Shown here one piece after another: positions 29,259 through 37,866 of a stretch of DNA of 44,286 bases. Position 1 is the stretch's first letter, and the number at the start of each line of letters is the position of its first letter. The notes beneath the pieces are model-generated. The model was not told where the DNA came from and did no database searches. It saw only the letters and a list, made by a program, of their open reading frames with translations. A program made the position numbers and the translations under genes. Source of the DNA: a virus (lineage: Duplodnaviria; Caudoviricetes); IMG/VR virus record IMGVR_UViG_3300012952_000033, positions 1 through 44,286 of that record. One strand, written 5' to 3'.

Positions 29259-30964
29259 GCTAAACAATTTTCATCCATAGCTTTAGCAGCTATATCTCCA
29301 CGTAACACAGATTCAGTTCTCATATAATATAAAGTTTTAATACCTTTTTTCCAAGCTTCTAAATGTACTTTATTAATCCATTTAGGTGTTGCTTCTGAAG
29401 GAAATGCAAGGTTAAGAGATACTGATTGATCTATATATTGTTGTCTTAAACCAGCTTGTGCAACTAATTCTAATTGATTTATTTCTTTAAAGGTTTTAAA
29501 TACTTCTTTTACAGGTATATCATTAGCAAAAAATATATTATCAAGTTCTTTTATATCTTGTATTGATCCACCATCTTCTAATATTTTATCCCATATTTCA
29601 TTAGTATTTAATTTATGTTTTCTTAATAACTTAATTAATGTAGGATTTTTTCTTATAAATGTACCTTTAGCAGACTGCTCTGTAAATACATTTGCAGCCC
29701 ATGGTTCAATACCTGGTGATATGTTACCAGCTAGTTTACTATTAGAAACTGTAGGTGCAATTGCTCTTAAATGAGTGTTACGCATACCTGTACCAACACA
29801 CCATAATGGCTCACCATAAACTTCAGCTAAAGCCATTGATGCTCTTTCAGATTCTATTTTTATTTGACTAAATATTTTTCTTGTTTCATACTGAGCTAGT
29901 AATCCTTCAAAGGGTAAACCTTTTTCTTGAAGATATGTGTGCCAACCTAATACACCAAGGCCTAAAGCTCTACCTTTTTCAGCAGATCTCACTGAGTTTT
30001 CAAACCCAATTTTACCTTTAGCTTTTTGTATAAATTCTTCAAGCACCCCATCAAGGAACCATATAGCATCATGTATAATATTAGTGTTTTTCCACTCTTC
30101 ATATTTTGCTAGATTTAGACTAGATAAACAACATACAAAACTATGTGATTCATCTGTTTGTAATACTATTTCACTACATATGTTTGTCATATGTACTTTT
30201 AAACTGTTTTTCTTATATGCTGCTGGATTAGCTTTGTTTGTATTTCCTTTAAATAAGATATACGGTTCTCCAGTGGCTTTACGTTTTTGTATAAGTCTTG
30301 ACCACTTTTTTCTAGCTTCTGGATCTCCTGCTTCAAGTTTTCGCATAAACTTATCACCAACGACAGCACACTGGTGCAAGTTAAGAGATTGTCTATTGAC
30401 ATCTCCTTTAGGTTCTCTAATTTCAAGCCAGTCGAGAAAATCGTTGTGTTCAATATTGATATTAACGCTTGCAGCTCCTCTTCTAACGGCGCCTTGGTTG
30501 GTCGCGAGTATAGTTGAGTCATATATTTTGCAAAAAGGGACAACGCCGTCTGAAGTTCCATTACCTGTAATTTTAGCTCCGGCAGGACGAATCATATTAA
30601 CTCCGATACCTACACCCCCACCGTGTTTTGCAAGTAACATCATCTCTAGGTTTTTCTTACCTATATCATTTATACTATCAGCTACATCTATTCCAAAACA
30701 ACTTATTGGTAGACCTCTATCTGTACCAGTGTTAGATAGTACAGGTGAAGCTAAGCATAGCCAACCATTCCATATATAATCAAAAAATTTATCTGCAAGT
30801 TCTGGTTTATATAAACGTTTAGCTACTGTTTTAGCTACTCGCATATAAGCGTCCCGAGGAGATTCTCCATTAAATAAATAACCACCGGATATAGTTTGTT
30901 TATATATATCGTTGTTACCCCATGAAGGATAATCAACACCTTTTTCCCAATCGTTATTCCACAT
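29246..30964 (-). CDS. nrdA: Class I ribonucleotide reductase alpha subunit (short, no ATP-cone)
   Basis: SPVLSN, ISCF, GGGVG, TNICSEI (catalytic N-x-C-x-E), CCLSSLN, IAPTVSNS, KTLYY, C-terminal CLAC. Confidence 0.95.
   Translation of the reverse strand: MWNNDWEKGVDYPSWGNNDIYKQTISGGYLFNGESPRDAYMRVAKTVAKRLYKPELADKFFDYIWNGWLCLASPVLSNTGTDRGLPISCFGIDVADSINDIGKKNLEMMLLAKHGGGVGIGVNMIRPAGAKITGNGTSDGVVPFCKIYDSTILATNQGAVRRGAASVNINIEHNDFLDWLEIREPKGDVNRQSLNLHQCAVVGDKFMRKLEAGDPEARKKWSRLIQKRKATGEPYILFKGNTNKANPAAYKKNSLKVHMTNICSEIVLQTDESHSFVCCLSSLNLAKYEEWKNTNIIHDAIWFLDGVLEEFIQKAKGKIGFENSVRSAEKGRALGLGVLGWHTYLQEKGLPFEGLLAQYETRKIFSQIKIESERASMALAEVYGEPLWCVGTGMRNTHLRAIAPTVSNSKLAGNISPGIEPWAANVFTEQSAKGTFIRKNPTLIKLLRKHKLNTNEIWDKILEDGGSIQDIKELDNIFFANDIPVKEVFKTFKEINQLELVAQAGLRQQYIDQSVSLNLAFPSEATPKWINKVHLEAWKKGIKTLYYMRTESVLRGDIAAKAMDENCLACDG
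30199..30561 (-). CDS. Candidate +1-frame overprinted coiled-coil protein in nrdA (120 aa)
   Basis: Same strand, +1 frame, coinciding with a GC-rich island at ~30350-30630. Confidence 0.45.
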   Translation of the reverse strand: MELQTALSLFAKYMTQLYSRPTKAPLEEELQALISILNTTIFSTGLKLENLKEMSIDNLLTCTSVLSLVISLCENLKQEIQKLEKSGQDLYKNVKPLENRISYLKEIQTKLIQQHIRKTV

Positions 30965-31218
30965 TATAGTTCTAGCTTTTTATCTTTATCACAATCTTTA
31001 CACTCTTCAGTTGTTTCTTCTTTATGTTTTTGTTTTAACTCTTCAACTATAGCATCCCACTCTTCTTCTGTCATTGATATTTTTAAAGCACTTAATGTGC
31101 CATTAGCTATAGACTCTACTGATCCCATATCTTGTATTAAACGTTTCATTATATTTGTTATTGCTAGCATTTGTTTTTCTAGCTTTTTAAATTTTCCTAC
31201 TATTGTACTTTCTTTCAT
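30964..31218 (-). CDS. Hypothetical protein
   Basis: 84-aa ORF translationally coupled to nrdA (TAATG). Confidence 0.7.
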   Translation of the reverse strand: MKESTIVGKFKKLEKQMLAITNIMKRLIQDMGSVESIANGTLSALKISMTEEEWDAIVEELKQKHKEETTEECKDCDKDKKLEL

Positions 31219-31484
31219 TTGAATAAATATATTGTGTAACCTACGATTACATTAAAATTAATAAATACTAAATTCCATTGCTTAGCAACCCACACTTGGG
31301 GTGTACACACAATACCACCTATAATATATGTTATAGCTCCTATATTTCCATATGGTAATAAATAAGGACTTATCATTATAAACCCTGTACCTAAATACCC
31401 AAGTCTATTTGCTAATCTTTCTTTAGGTGAAAGTCTTCTGTTTTTAACTAAATACCTTAAAAATCTTTTCTTAATCATTACCAC
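31215..31484 (-). CDS. Small multi-pass membrane protein
   Basis: Basic N-terminus plus about three hydrophobic segments. Start may be ATG 31478. Confidence 0.7.
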   Translation of the reverse strand: MVMIKKRFLRYLVKNRRLSPKERLANRLGYLGTGFIMISPYLLPYGNIGAITYIIGGIVCTPQVWVAKQWNLVFINFNVIVGYTIYLFK

Positions 31485-31782
31485 ATATCTTCAAAGTCTT
31501 CACCTTCATTAGCTTTCGAATAATCAGTCGGACGCACAGCAAAAAAATCAGTATGAGTGTGGCCCCCGGTAAGATGATAGAACCAGTCAAGATCTTCTGC
31601 TCCTTTTTTGTCAAACTTAAAGTACTCCCGCTCGTCTTTGTAACCGAGTTCAACAATTTTCTCATTGAGTCTTTTTCTAATAAACTGTTTGAGGTCGTAA
31701 GCTTTAAGGTTTTCAATATCTCCTTGCTCGAACATTTTGTCAATATATTTTTCTTCTGCTTTAAGCATTGTTTTTGCTGCAT
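31471..31782 (-). CDS. Candidate +1-frame overprinted protein in the nrdB 3' end (103 aa, C-terminal TM)
   Basis: +1 frame, GC-rich host wobble positions at ~31490-31740, hydrophobic segment ILTGSIILPGATLILIFLLCV. Confidence 0.45.
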   Translation of the reverse strand: MQQKQCLKQKKNILTKCSSKEILKTLKLTTSNSLLEKDSMRKLLNSVTKTSGSTLSLTKKEQKILTGSIILPGATLILIFLLCVRLIIRKLMKVKTLKICGND

Positions 31783-32446
31783 CTAATATATCTTTTTTAC
31801 AATTAGTTAATAATGTTTTATCTTCTTTACACATATGACGGAATAAAGCACAACCCATCTTACTATGCAGTGATTCATCACGCACACTCCATTTCATCTG
31901 CTGCCCAATACCTTTTAATAAATTTCTGAGCTGAAAACTATATAAAACAGCAAAGGCAGAATAAAGGCTAACACCTTCAGCGAAGGCGCTAAATATAGCA
32001 ATGCTTCTTGCAATTCCTGTGGGTTTATTTCCATCATAACTAACTAAATTATCAAAGCGTTCCATTGTTGCTTCGTCTTGTAAAAACGCTTCAAAATTTT
32101 CAAGACCAAGGGTTTCATTTAAATATGAATAAGCTACAGCGTGTATTGTTTCTTGTGATCCAAACATCATAGCCATTTGTTGTATTTCGTGTTTTGGAAA
32201 CCACGTTACAACTTTTTGTGTCCAATAATCTGATACTGCACATTCTGTTTGTGCAAACCCAAGTAAGATATTACCAACTAAGTTTTTCTCACTTGGTGTA
32301 AGCTTTTCGTTCCAATCTTTTACATCACTAGACATAGGTATTTCCGTGTGTAACCAAAAAGCTTGTGCTTGTTTTAACCAACCTTCTGTATAATACTCTG
32401 GATATTCAAAAGGTTTATAAGGTATTCTTTCATCAAATAATCCCAT
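31478..32446 (-). CDS. nrdB: Class I ribonucleotide reductase beta subunit
   Basis: FWLHTEI, QETIHAVAYS, EGVSLYSAF, RDESLH and DFF motifs of the diiron/tyrosyl ferritin-like fold. Confidence 0.95.
   Translation of the reverse strand: MGLFDERIPYKPFEYPEYYTEGWLKQAQAFWLHTEIPMSSDVKDWNEKLTPSEKNLVGNILLGFAQTECAVSDYWTQKVVTWFPKHEIQQMAMMFGSQETIHAVAYSYLNETLGLENFEAFLQDEATMERFDNLVSYDGNKPTGIARSIAIFSAFAEGVSLYSAFAVLYSFQLRNLLKGIGQQMKWSVRDESLHSKMGCALFRHMCKEDKTLLTNCKKDILDAAKTMLKAEEKYIDKMFEQGDIENLKAYDLKQFIRKRLNEKIVELGYKDEREYFKFDKKGAEDLDWFYHLTGGHTHTDFFAVRPTDYSKANEGEDFEDMW
31915..32037 (-). CDS. Candidate +1-frame 40-aa membrane peptide in nrdB
   Basis: MMEINPQELQEALLYLAPSLKVLAFILPLLFYIVFSSEIY; host codons AGC GCC TTC and CAG CTC are unusual for this genome. 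Confidence 0.3.
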   Translation of the reverse strand: MMEINPQELQEALLYLAPSLKVLAFILPLLFYIVFSSEIY

Positions 32447-32447
32447 A

Positions 32448-32597
32448 CTATTCTTTATCTATTTCTAAGCAAATATCTACAAAAGGTAGATATAATACAT
32501 GTTGTACATATTCTTTTTCTGTATAAGATCTTATACCAAATAATATACCTGGATAAAATCCTACACTTAACTCCCAACTTTTATTAAAATTAATCAT
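32448..32597 (-). CDS. 49-aa hypothetical protein (not in ORF track)
   Basis: MINFNKSWELSVGFYPGILFGIRSY...HVLYLPFVDICLEIDKE; fills the gap just before nrdB. Confidence 0.75.
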   Translation of the reverse strand: MINFNKSWELSVGFYPGILFGIRSYTEKEYVQHVLYLPFVDICLEIDKE

Positions 32598-32763
32598 AAC
32601 ATTTTATATTAAACTTATTTTGCATTTCTACTAAATCTTTATAAAGCATGTAGCCTTTAGTTTGCATTCTCCATTTTACCCACTTATCTATTTGCCGCTC
32701 AGCATACTTTTGTCTTGCTAATTGTTTTTGGTTTCTAATATCAATCTTACTGTTGCGTCGCAT
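32590..32763 (-). CDS. 57-aa hypothetical protein (not in ORF track)
   Basis: MRRNSKIDIRNQKQLARQKYAERQIDKWVKW...; overlaps both neighbours in the tight packing typical of this genome. Confidence 0.6.
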   Translation of the reverse strand: MRRNSKIDIRNQKQLARQKYAERQIDKWVKWRMQTKGYMLYKDLVEMQNKFNIKCYD

Positions 32764-33167
32764 TCTTTTTGATTTTGTGGTTTATATAAAGTAACACCAG
32801 GTAAATGGTTTACTACATATCTTTTAAACATTTTCCAACGTAAAGGGAAACTTTCATTAGCTCTACCTTTAGTTTCTATTATAAAACCTCTGCCTATAAA
32901 ATCAGGTGTATATTTAATATTAAGTATTTTTTTATTACCTCTATTTTTATATTCTCCTTTTCCATTACCACATCTTTCATAAGAAAGATTAGGAAAATCA
33001 AATCCAGAAAATATTTCATAGGTTTGGCCTTCATATACAGCGGGTATTTTAGATTTTTTTAATGCCATATACATATACCTTTCCAATCCTGATGAAAAAG
33101 TAATTCCATCATATGTTATTTTTTTAGATTGTACAGGTCCTTTTTTACGTCTATATTTATTTTTCAT
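32718..33167 (-). CDS. PD-(D/E)xK endonuclease, T7 endonuclease I/Holliday junction resolvase-like
   Basis: FSSGLE, YTPDF and IIETKG motifs. Confidence 0.8.
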   Translation of the reverse strand: MKNKYRRKKGPVQSKKITYDGITFSSGLERYMYMALKKSKIPAVYEGQTYEIFSGFDFPNLSYERCGNGKGEYKNRGNKKILNIKYTPDFIGRGFIIETKGRANESFPLRWKMFKRYVVNHLPGVTLYKPQNQKECDATVRLILETKNN

Positions 33168-33417
33168 AAACGTGTTTTAATATAGCATCTTCTACCTCAT
33201 CTCTCAAACATCGTTTAGCTGCTTCAATATATAGTATTGCATCCATTAATTCTTCTTGCACATCTACTAAAAACCTATTAAGATCTTTATCTTGGTTTTT
33301 AATTTCTTGCATCATGGTAGCACCATACTTTTTCTGGCCAATAAGACTACGCTCATCCATTTTCCTTAAAACAGCTTGAACTATTTTATCTTCTGTTTTA
33401 ATTCTCATCTTTAACAA
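33157..33417 (-). CDS. Small MazG-like all-alpha protein (possible dNTP pyrophosphatase)
   Basis: R..IGQKKYG and QEELMDAILYIE motifs. Start probably ATG 33408. Confidence 0.55.
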   Translation of the reverse strand: MLKMRIKTEDKIVQAVLRKMDERSLIGQKKYGATMMQEIKNQDKDLNRFLVDVQEELMDAILYIEAAKRCLRDEVEDAILKHVYEK

Positions 33418-34162
33418 ATGTACCGTTAATCATTTTACCTTTTCTTTTTTCAATCTGTCTATAAGCTTCATTAATACAAGTTTCAATAGTAACATGTCTC
33501 ATATGTGCAAGATTAGTTAATACCACAACCATATCGCCTATTGCATCTACAATTTCAGGTTGATTTTCTGTAAGCAAAGCTTTAGCTAATTCACCTGCCT
33601 CTTCCATTAATTTTACATACTGTGTTTCAGTATTTCCTTTATCATATAAACCTCTTGATTGGGCCCAAGCTCTTATTTTATCAAACTTATTACCATTTTG
33701 TGGTGTGTGTAATTCATTTAAAAAAGCTTCATAATAAGCTTTATTATATATATAACTTCTATTTTCATTATACATTGACGTTTTAGCATTAGCTATTATC
33801 CATTTAATTGTTTTATTAGTAACAGCAAATTCTCCATGCGAAGTCGTCCACTTAAAAGCATCTACAACTTGCTCTAATTCATTAGGTAGATCTTCTAATG
33901 AACAAGGAAATGTAGTTGTTTGTTCTGTAATATTTACGTTCATTTTATTTGATTTTATTAATTTATTATACTTTTGTCTATCAACTCTATAACCAAAAGC
34001 TTTTTGATACTCAATTTCTTTATCAGATATATAATCTATATCATCACTAGATTCAAGTACTTCATATTCACCTTTTTTATATCCTTGTATAAGGGTAACT
34101 CTTGTATTAAGATTACGGGTGACACCTATTTTTTTACCAGGTATATGGTATAAATAATACAT
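33398..34162 (-). CDS. MazG-like NTP pyrophosphohydrolase with N-terminal GIY-YIG-like segment
   Basis: C-terminal KLMEEAGELA..EIVDAIGD...CINEAY..I..RKG; N-terminal YYLYHI...KIGVTRNLNTR. Confidence 0.75.
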   Translation of the reverse strand: MYYLYHIPGKKIGVTRNLNTRVTLIQGYKKGEYEVLESSDDIDYISDKEIEYQKAFGYRVDRQKYNKLIKSNKMNVNITEQTTTFPCSLEDLPNELEQVVDAFKWTTSHGEFAVTNKTIKWIIANAKTSMYNENRSYIYNKAYYEAFLNELHTPQNGNKFDKIRAWAQSRGLYDKGNTETQYVKLMEEAGELAKALLTENQPEIVDAIGDMVVVLTNLAHMRHVTIETCINEAYRQIEKRKGKMINGTFVKDEN

Positions 34163-34173
34163 ATTATTTTTTT

Positions 34174-34824
34174 TTAAATTTTATTATTATATAAATGTAA
34201 ATTATGTGCGAAATGATAATAATTTCCAACATCAATAGACAGCCTGTCTGCAACTAATTTTTGTAATTGTGCAAAACAATACTGATCATTGCAAAAGCCG
34301 TACCAGAGATCATTAGATCGCATCAGAACAGCCATATTTAATACATTTTCAACTATACTAAACTGCACAGCATAAGTACACGGTGTATCTTTACGATAAG
34401 TACTTATTTCTTTACCATCATAAATACTTATTGCAGCTTGTCTAGTATCTTTAATTTCTTGTAACATACCTACAACATGATCTAATTGATAGTTTCTACT
34501 CCATTGATAACCATAGTTTGATCTACACTTACCTTCTGAATCTTGCATCTTTTCCCATATAGGAGGGATTGAACCATATATTTCACCTAATTGTGTTATA
34601 TGTGGATCTTCTGTTAGATACCATTCCCATTCAGCTTGAGCATATTCTTTATTCCACTTTCTGTCAGGGTGGGTTATTTCCATATCTAACGGGTTTTGTA
34701 AATAAAACCCAACATTAAATAAAGCTTTTGTATCACCATAAGGTATACCATCTATTTTTATTTTTTTATAAAAATATCTAAAAGCTTGATTAGCATTATT
34801 AAAATTATTTTTTACGTTTATCAT
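34174..34824 (-). CDS. Thymidylate synthase-fold enzyme, probable dCMP (hydroxy)methylase
   Basis: DTPCT catalytic Cys, MRSNDLWYGFCND (Asp at the E. coli ThyA N177 position), NLHLY. ATG 34824 is preferred as start. Confidence 0.8.
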   Translation of the reverse strand: MINVKNNFNNANQAFRYFYKKIKIDGIPYGDTKALFNVGFYLQNPLDMEITHPDRKWNKEYAQAEWEWYLTEDPHITQLGEIYGSIPPIWEKMQDSEGKCRSNYGYQWSRNYQLDHVVGMLQEIKDTRQAAISIYDGKEISTYRKDTPCTYAVQFSIVENVLNMAVLMRSNDLWYGFCNDQYCFAQLQKLVADRLSIDVGNYYHFAHNLHLYNNKI

Positions 34825-35077
34825 AATAATATTTACACATTTGATAATAAGTAGGATAAAGAGTGTCTTTATCATATATATGAGGTGACATATAAGGCGT
34901 TTCACCTTTTTTATATGGCCCTATATTTACACCAATTTTCCATTTACCTGTTTCGTCTTCAACTGGTATAGTACATATTCGTATATCATTATTAATACAA
35001 TATCTGTACCATTCAGCTTCATCTGAATCAGCTATATAACTAGGTAATAAATTTTTTTTACGTTTTTTATATACCAT
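34805..35077 (-). CDS. Hypothetical protein
   Basis: 90-aa ORF directly after the primase-helicase gene. Confidence 0.7.
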   Translation of the reverse strand: MVYKKRKKNLLPSYIADSDEAEWYRYCINNDIRICTIPVEDETGKWKIGVNIGPYKKGETPYMSPHIYDKDTLYPTYYQMCKYYYDKRKK

Positions 35078-35078
35078 A

Positions 35079-36788
35079 TCAATCCCAAGGCATTACATCA
35101 TTAATTTGCTTCTGATCTAAATGAGGTATAAAACAACCTGACTTAGGTTCCCATTTAAAATAAGCTTCTGCTCCATTTTCACCTAAGTTTTGAAACTTAA
35201 CTTTTAAAACTTTAGCTTTAACAGTTTTAGCTTCATAATCTCTATGTACTAATATACCGTGGTAAGAAGCATCATACCATTCACCACCACCTTTTATATT
35301 ATACATATTTGGTTCTTCAATTTTACCATCTTTGTCTTTATACATTTTAGTTGGATGTGCAACTATAAAAACTAACACATCAAACTTTTTTGCAAACACC
35401 TCTATTTTAGTAAGATATTCCATTGTATACTTATTAACATCTTCAGTATTACAATCAACATCTCTAATTTTATTAAAAGGATCTATAACAAGACATTTAA
35501 TACCTTTACGTTTAACTAATTCAGCACCTTTACGTAATACCGATTCAAGAGTATATCTTTCCATATCAATAAAAAAGAAATTATCATTAATATGTTCTGC
35601 TACTTTTTTCCATTGACTAGTATTTATATCACCAGGGGTTGGCATACCTTGCCAAACTTTACGCATTAATTTATGTGCATGTAAATATGTTGGTGCATTT
35701 TCAGGCGACGCAAACGCTGTTTTCCATTTATAATTTATGTTATACCCAACAACAAGCTGATCAACAAAATCAGACTTACCAGAAGAAGGTATACCTGTAA
35801 CAGTAATAAATTGTCCTGTATAAGTTGAAAAAATTCTGTCAAAGTTGGATAAACCAGCTTGGTAACCCGGTTTAAAACCATGTTGTACAAAGTCTGTAAC
35901 TTCACTTTCAATATCATTAAAAGTGGTAACGTTTTCAAGAGGTACTGCTTTGGGGTGTTGGAGAATATTTGAAAAAGCTTCTTTACCATGTTTAATTAAG
36001 TATTCATTAGCATCTTTACAATCTTTAAAATCTATAATATAGCAAACTTCTGCACCTAATCTTCTAATTAACTCTTGTTGTAGTGCTTGGCCTGCTTCAT
36101 CATTGTCAACTGCTAATATTATTTTATTTTTATTTTCAAAATAATCAATACAATTATCTAAGTAATCTAAATTATTAGAGTTTAAAGTAGCTCCATTAGG
36201 GACTGATATAACATTAGTAATCCCCACTTCATGAAGAGATAAAGCATCCATCTCTCCTTCCACAATATAACATTCATCATAACCAATAATGCTATCAATA
36301 TTATAGAAGATTTTTTCTGCACCTTTATATAATTTAAAGTTTTTCCTACCATCTCTATATTTTATATTTATAAGTTCACCACCCATCATGTAGTTGAACT
36401 TTATTGTGTTTTCAGTCTTACTTGTCTGTGGCATAAACTCAGGACCCTCAGATACATTTAAATCATTAAGGGTCGACTGAGATATACCTCTGTCATTAAA
36501 CCATTTAACTATTTTGCTACCTACAGGTTTGTGACTTTTGAATTCTGGACGAATATAATTTTTTTCACTGTCTCCTTTACGCTTGTAAGTGTGTAGTTGA
36601 AATGTTTTATTACAGTTATGACAAGTACCGAGACCACGTTCCCAATCATAAGAAGCACATTTAAGCTTTTTATTTTTAGGTTGTCTAGTGTGTGAGCATA
36701 ATGGGCATATTCCTTGAGACTTACCCTGCTCTAGACCATGTTGATTAAATTTATCAATCACAAATCCATTGATCTCTGTTATTTGCAT
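35079..36788 (-). CDS. DNA primase-helicase (T7 gp4/Twinkle-like)
   Basis: Zn finger CPLC...CHNC, TOPRIM VEGEMD and DNDEAG, Walker A GIPSSGKS, VIDP, VAHP. Confidence 0.93.
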   Translation of the reverse strand: MQITEINGFVIDKFNQHGLEQGKSQGICPLCSHTRQPKNKKLKCASYDWERGLGTCHNCNKTFQLHTYKRKGDSEKNYIRPEFKSHKPVGSKIVKWFNDRGISQSTLNDLNVSEGPEFMPQTSKTENTIKFNYMMGGELINIKYRDGRKNFKLYKGAEKIFYNIDSIIGYDECYIVEGEMDALSLHEVGITNVISVPNGATLNSNNLDYLDNCIDYFENKNKIILAVDNDEAGQALQQELIRRLGAEVCYIIDFKDCKDANEYLIKHGKEAFSNILQHPKAVPLENVTTFNDIESEVTDFVQHGFKPGYQAGLSNFDRIFSTYTGQFITVTGIPSSGKSDFVDQLVVGYNINYKWKTAFASPENAPTYLHAHKLMRKVWQGMPTPGDINTSQWKKVAEHINDNFFFIDMERYTLESVLRKGAELVKRKGIKCLVIDPFNKIRDVDCNTEDVNKYTMEYLTKIEVFAKKFDVLVFIVAHPTKMYKDKDGKIEEPNMYNIKGGGEWYDASYHGILVHRDYEAKTVKAKVLKVKFQNLGENGAEAYFKWEPKSGCFIPHLDQKQINDVMPWD

Positions 36789-36824
36789 ATATATATTATC
36801 TAAATGTGTTTGTATTTAGTTTGT
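36788..36824 (-). promoter_or_regulatory. Putative phage promoter ACAAACTAAATAC-N11-GATAATATATATA (copy 1, primase-helicase)
   Basis: Identical 13+13 bp and identical 11-bp spacing to the copy at 42888-42924. The last A is the A of the primase ATG. Confidence 0.7.
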
Positions 36825-37135
36825 TAAAAGGGTAGATCAGGTTCTTGAGTTGGTTCAGCTTTAGCTGCTGCTTTTGGCTGATCCATTCTAGGTGCTGCTT
36901 CTACATTCATACCGTTAGTCCAAACAACTTTTGCATTACCTAAATAAGTTTTAGATGCTTTTGTTTCTCTTTCTTCTTTTGTTTGTTCTACAATAACAGG
37001 TCCATTATTACCAAATTGGTCTACTTCATCATTTAGAGTTAAGCTTATAGGTAAATACTTACCTTTAGCTCCTACAATAATTTTATCCTTAGGGATATTA
37101 TTTAAATTAATACTTGTTTTTATTATTGATGCCAT
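36824..37135 (-). CDS. Single-stranded DNA-binding protein (putative)
   Basis: Small beta-rich domain, flexible tail ending in DLPF, next to recombination genes. Confidence 0.7.
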   Translation of the reverse strand: MASIIKTSINLNNIPKDKIIVGAKGKYLPISLTLNDEVDQFGNNGPVIVEQTKEERETKASKTYLGNAKVVWTNGMNVEAAPRMDQPKAAAKAEPTQEPDLPF

Positions 37136-37866
37136 TATAAAGTTTCTGTTTTAAAATATTGTTTAGGGTCAAAGTCTTTTGATTTAAAAAATAACTGGTA
37201 TTGTGATACTGCTTCTTGTACTTTACGTTGACCCCTTTCGTAAAATTCTTCAGAGCATTCACAAATTTTTATTTGAAGAGTTTGTTTATCAATAACAATA
37301 AACATCATTTCATAATTAAATAACTGATTATAAATAAATGCTTGACTGTCATAATTATATTGGTTTGCTGAATATTTAAATTTATCAATATCTGAAGTAG
37401 TTTTTAAATCTACAATTAACCTTTCATCATGATTAATAATATCAGCTTTACCTTTCCACATTTCTCCTTCAATTTCTTTTACTTCTGGCACTTCATACTC
37501 TACATTTTTACTTCTAATGAGATCTTTGCAAACATCATTTTGCATTATTGTATCTACCATTAGATCTATCTTATCTACTTCGTGTTGTAGTAAGCATAAT
37601 TCGCCATCTGAAATCTCTTTATATGCCTTCGTATTTCTAGTGGTAGATTCTATTACTTTATACTTTTTTAATTTGTTTGGTTCAAGTATAGCAGTGTGTA
37701 GGTATCCACCAACTAGAAATGCAGCTGAAGGTTTACTTGGTTTTCCAAGTGCTAAAGGATTTTTTAATAAGGTTTTAATATCTGAATTACTAAGAAACTT
37801 TTTACCAAAATTTCCATAATAATCCTCGTCATTTTTTAACCTTTTTAAAATATCTTCTTTGTTCAT
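37135..37866 (-). CDS. RecE/exonuclease VIII-like PD-(D/E)xK nuclease
   Basis: LSNSDIK, G..LHTAILEP, KGKADI, IVDLKTT, Y.YDSQAFIY. Confidence 0.85.
   Translation of the reverse strand: MNKEDILKRLKNDEDYYGNFGKKFLSNSDIKTLLKNPLALGKPSKPSAAFLVGGYLHTAILEPNKLKKYKVIESTTRNTKAYKEISDGELCLLQHEVDKIDLMVDTIMQNDVCKDLIRSKNVEYEVPEVKEIEGEMWKGKADIINHDERLIVDLKTTSDIDKFKYSANQYNYDSQAFIYNQLFNYEMMFIVIDKQTLQIKICECSEEFYERGQRKVQEAVSQYQLFFKSKDFDPKQYFKTETL

Noticed and set aside
29937-30779. 280-aa + strand ORF antisense to nrdA
   Set aside because: Antisense shadow of a conserved gene, with no recognisable motifs and no visible + strand promoter past the terminator.
34825-34905. N-terminal extension of the ThyA-fold ORF given in the track
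   Set aside because: It overlaps the upstream gene and looks like a +1 shadow. ATG 34824 gives a more typical size and overlap.
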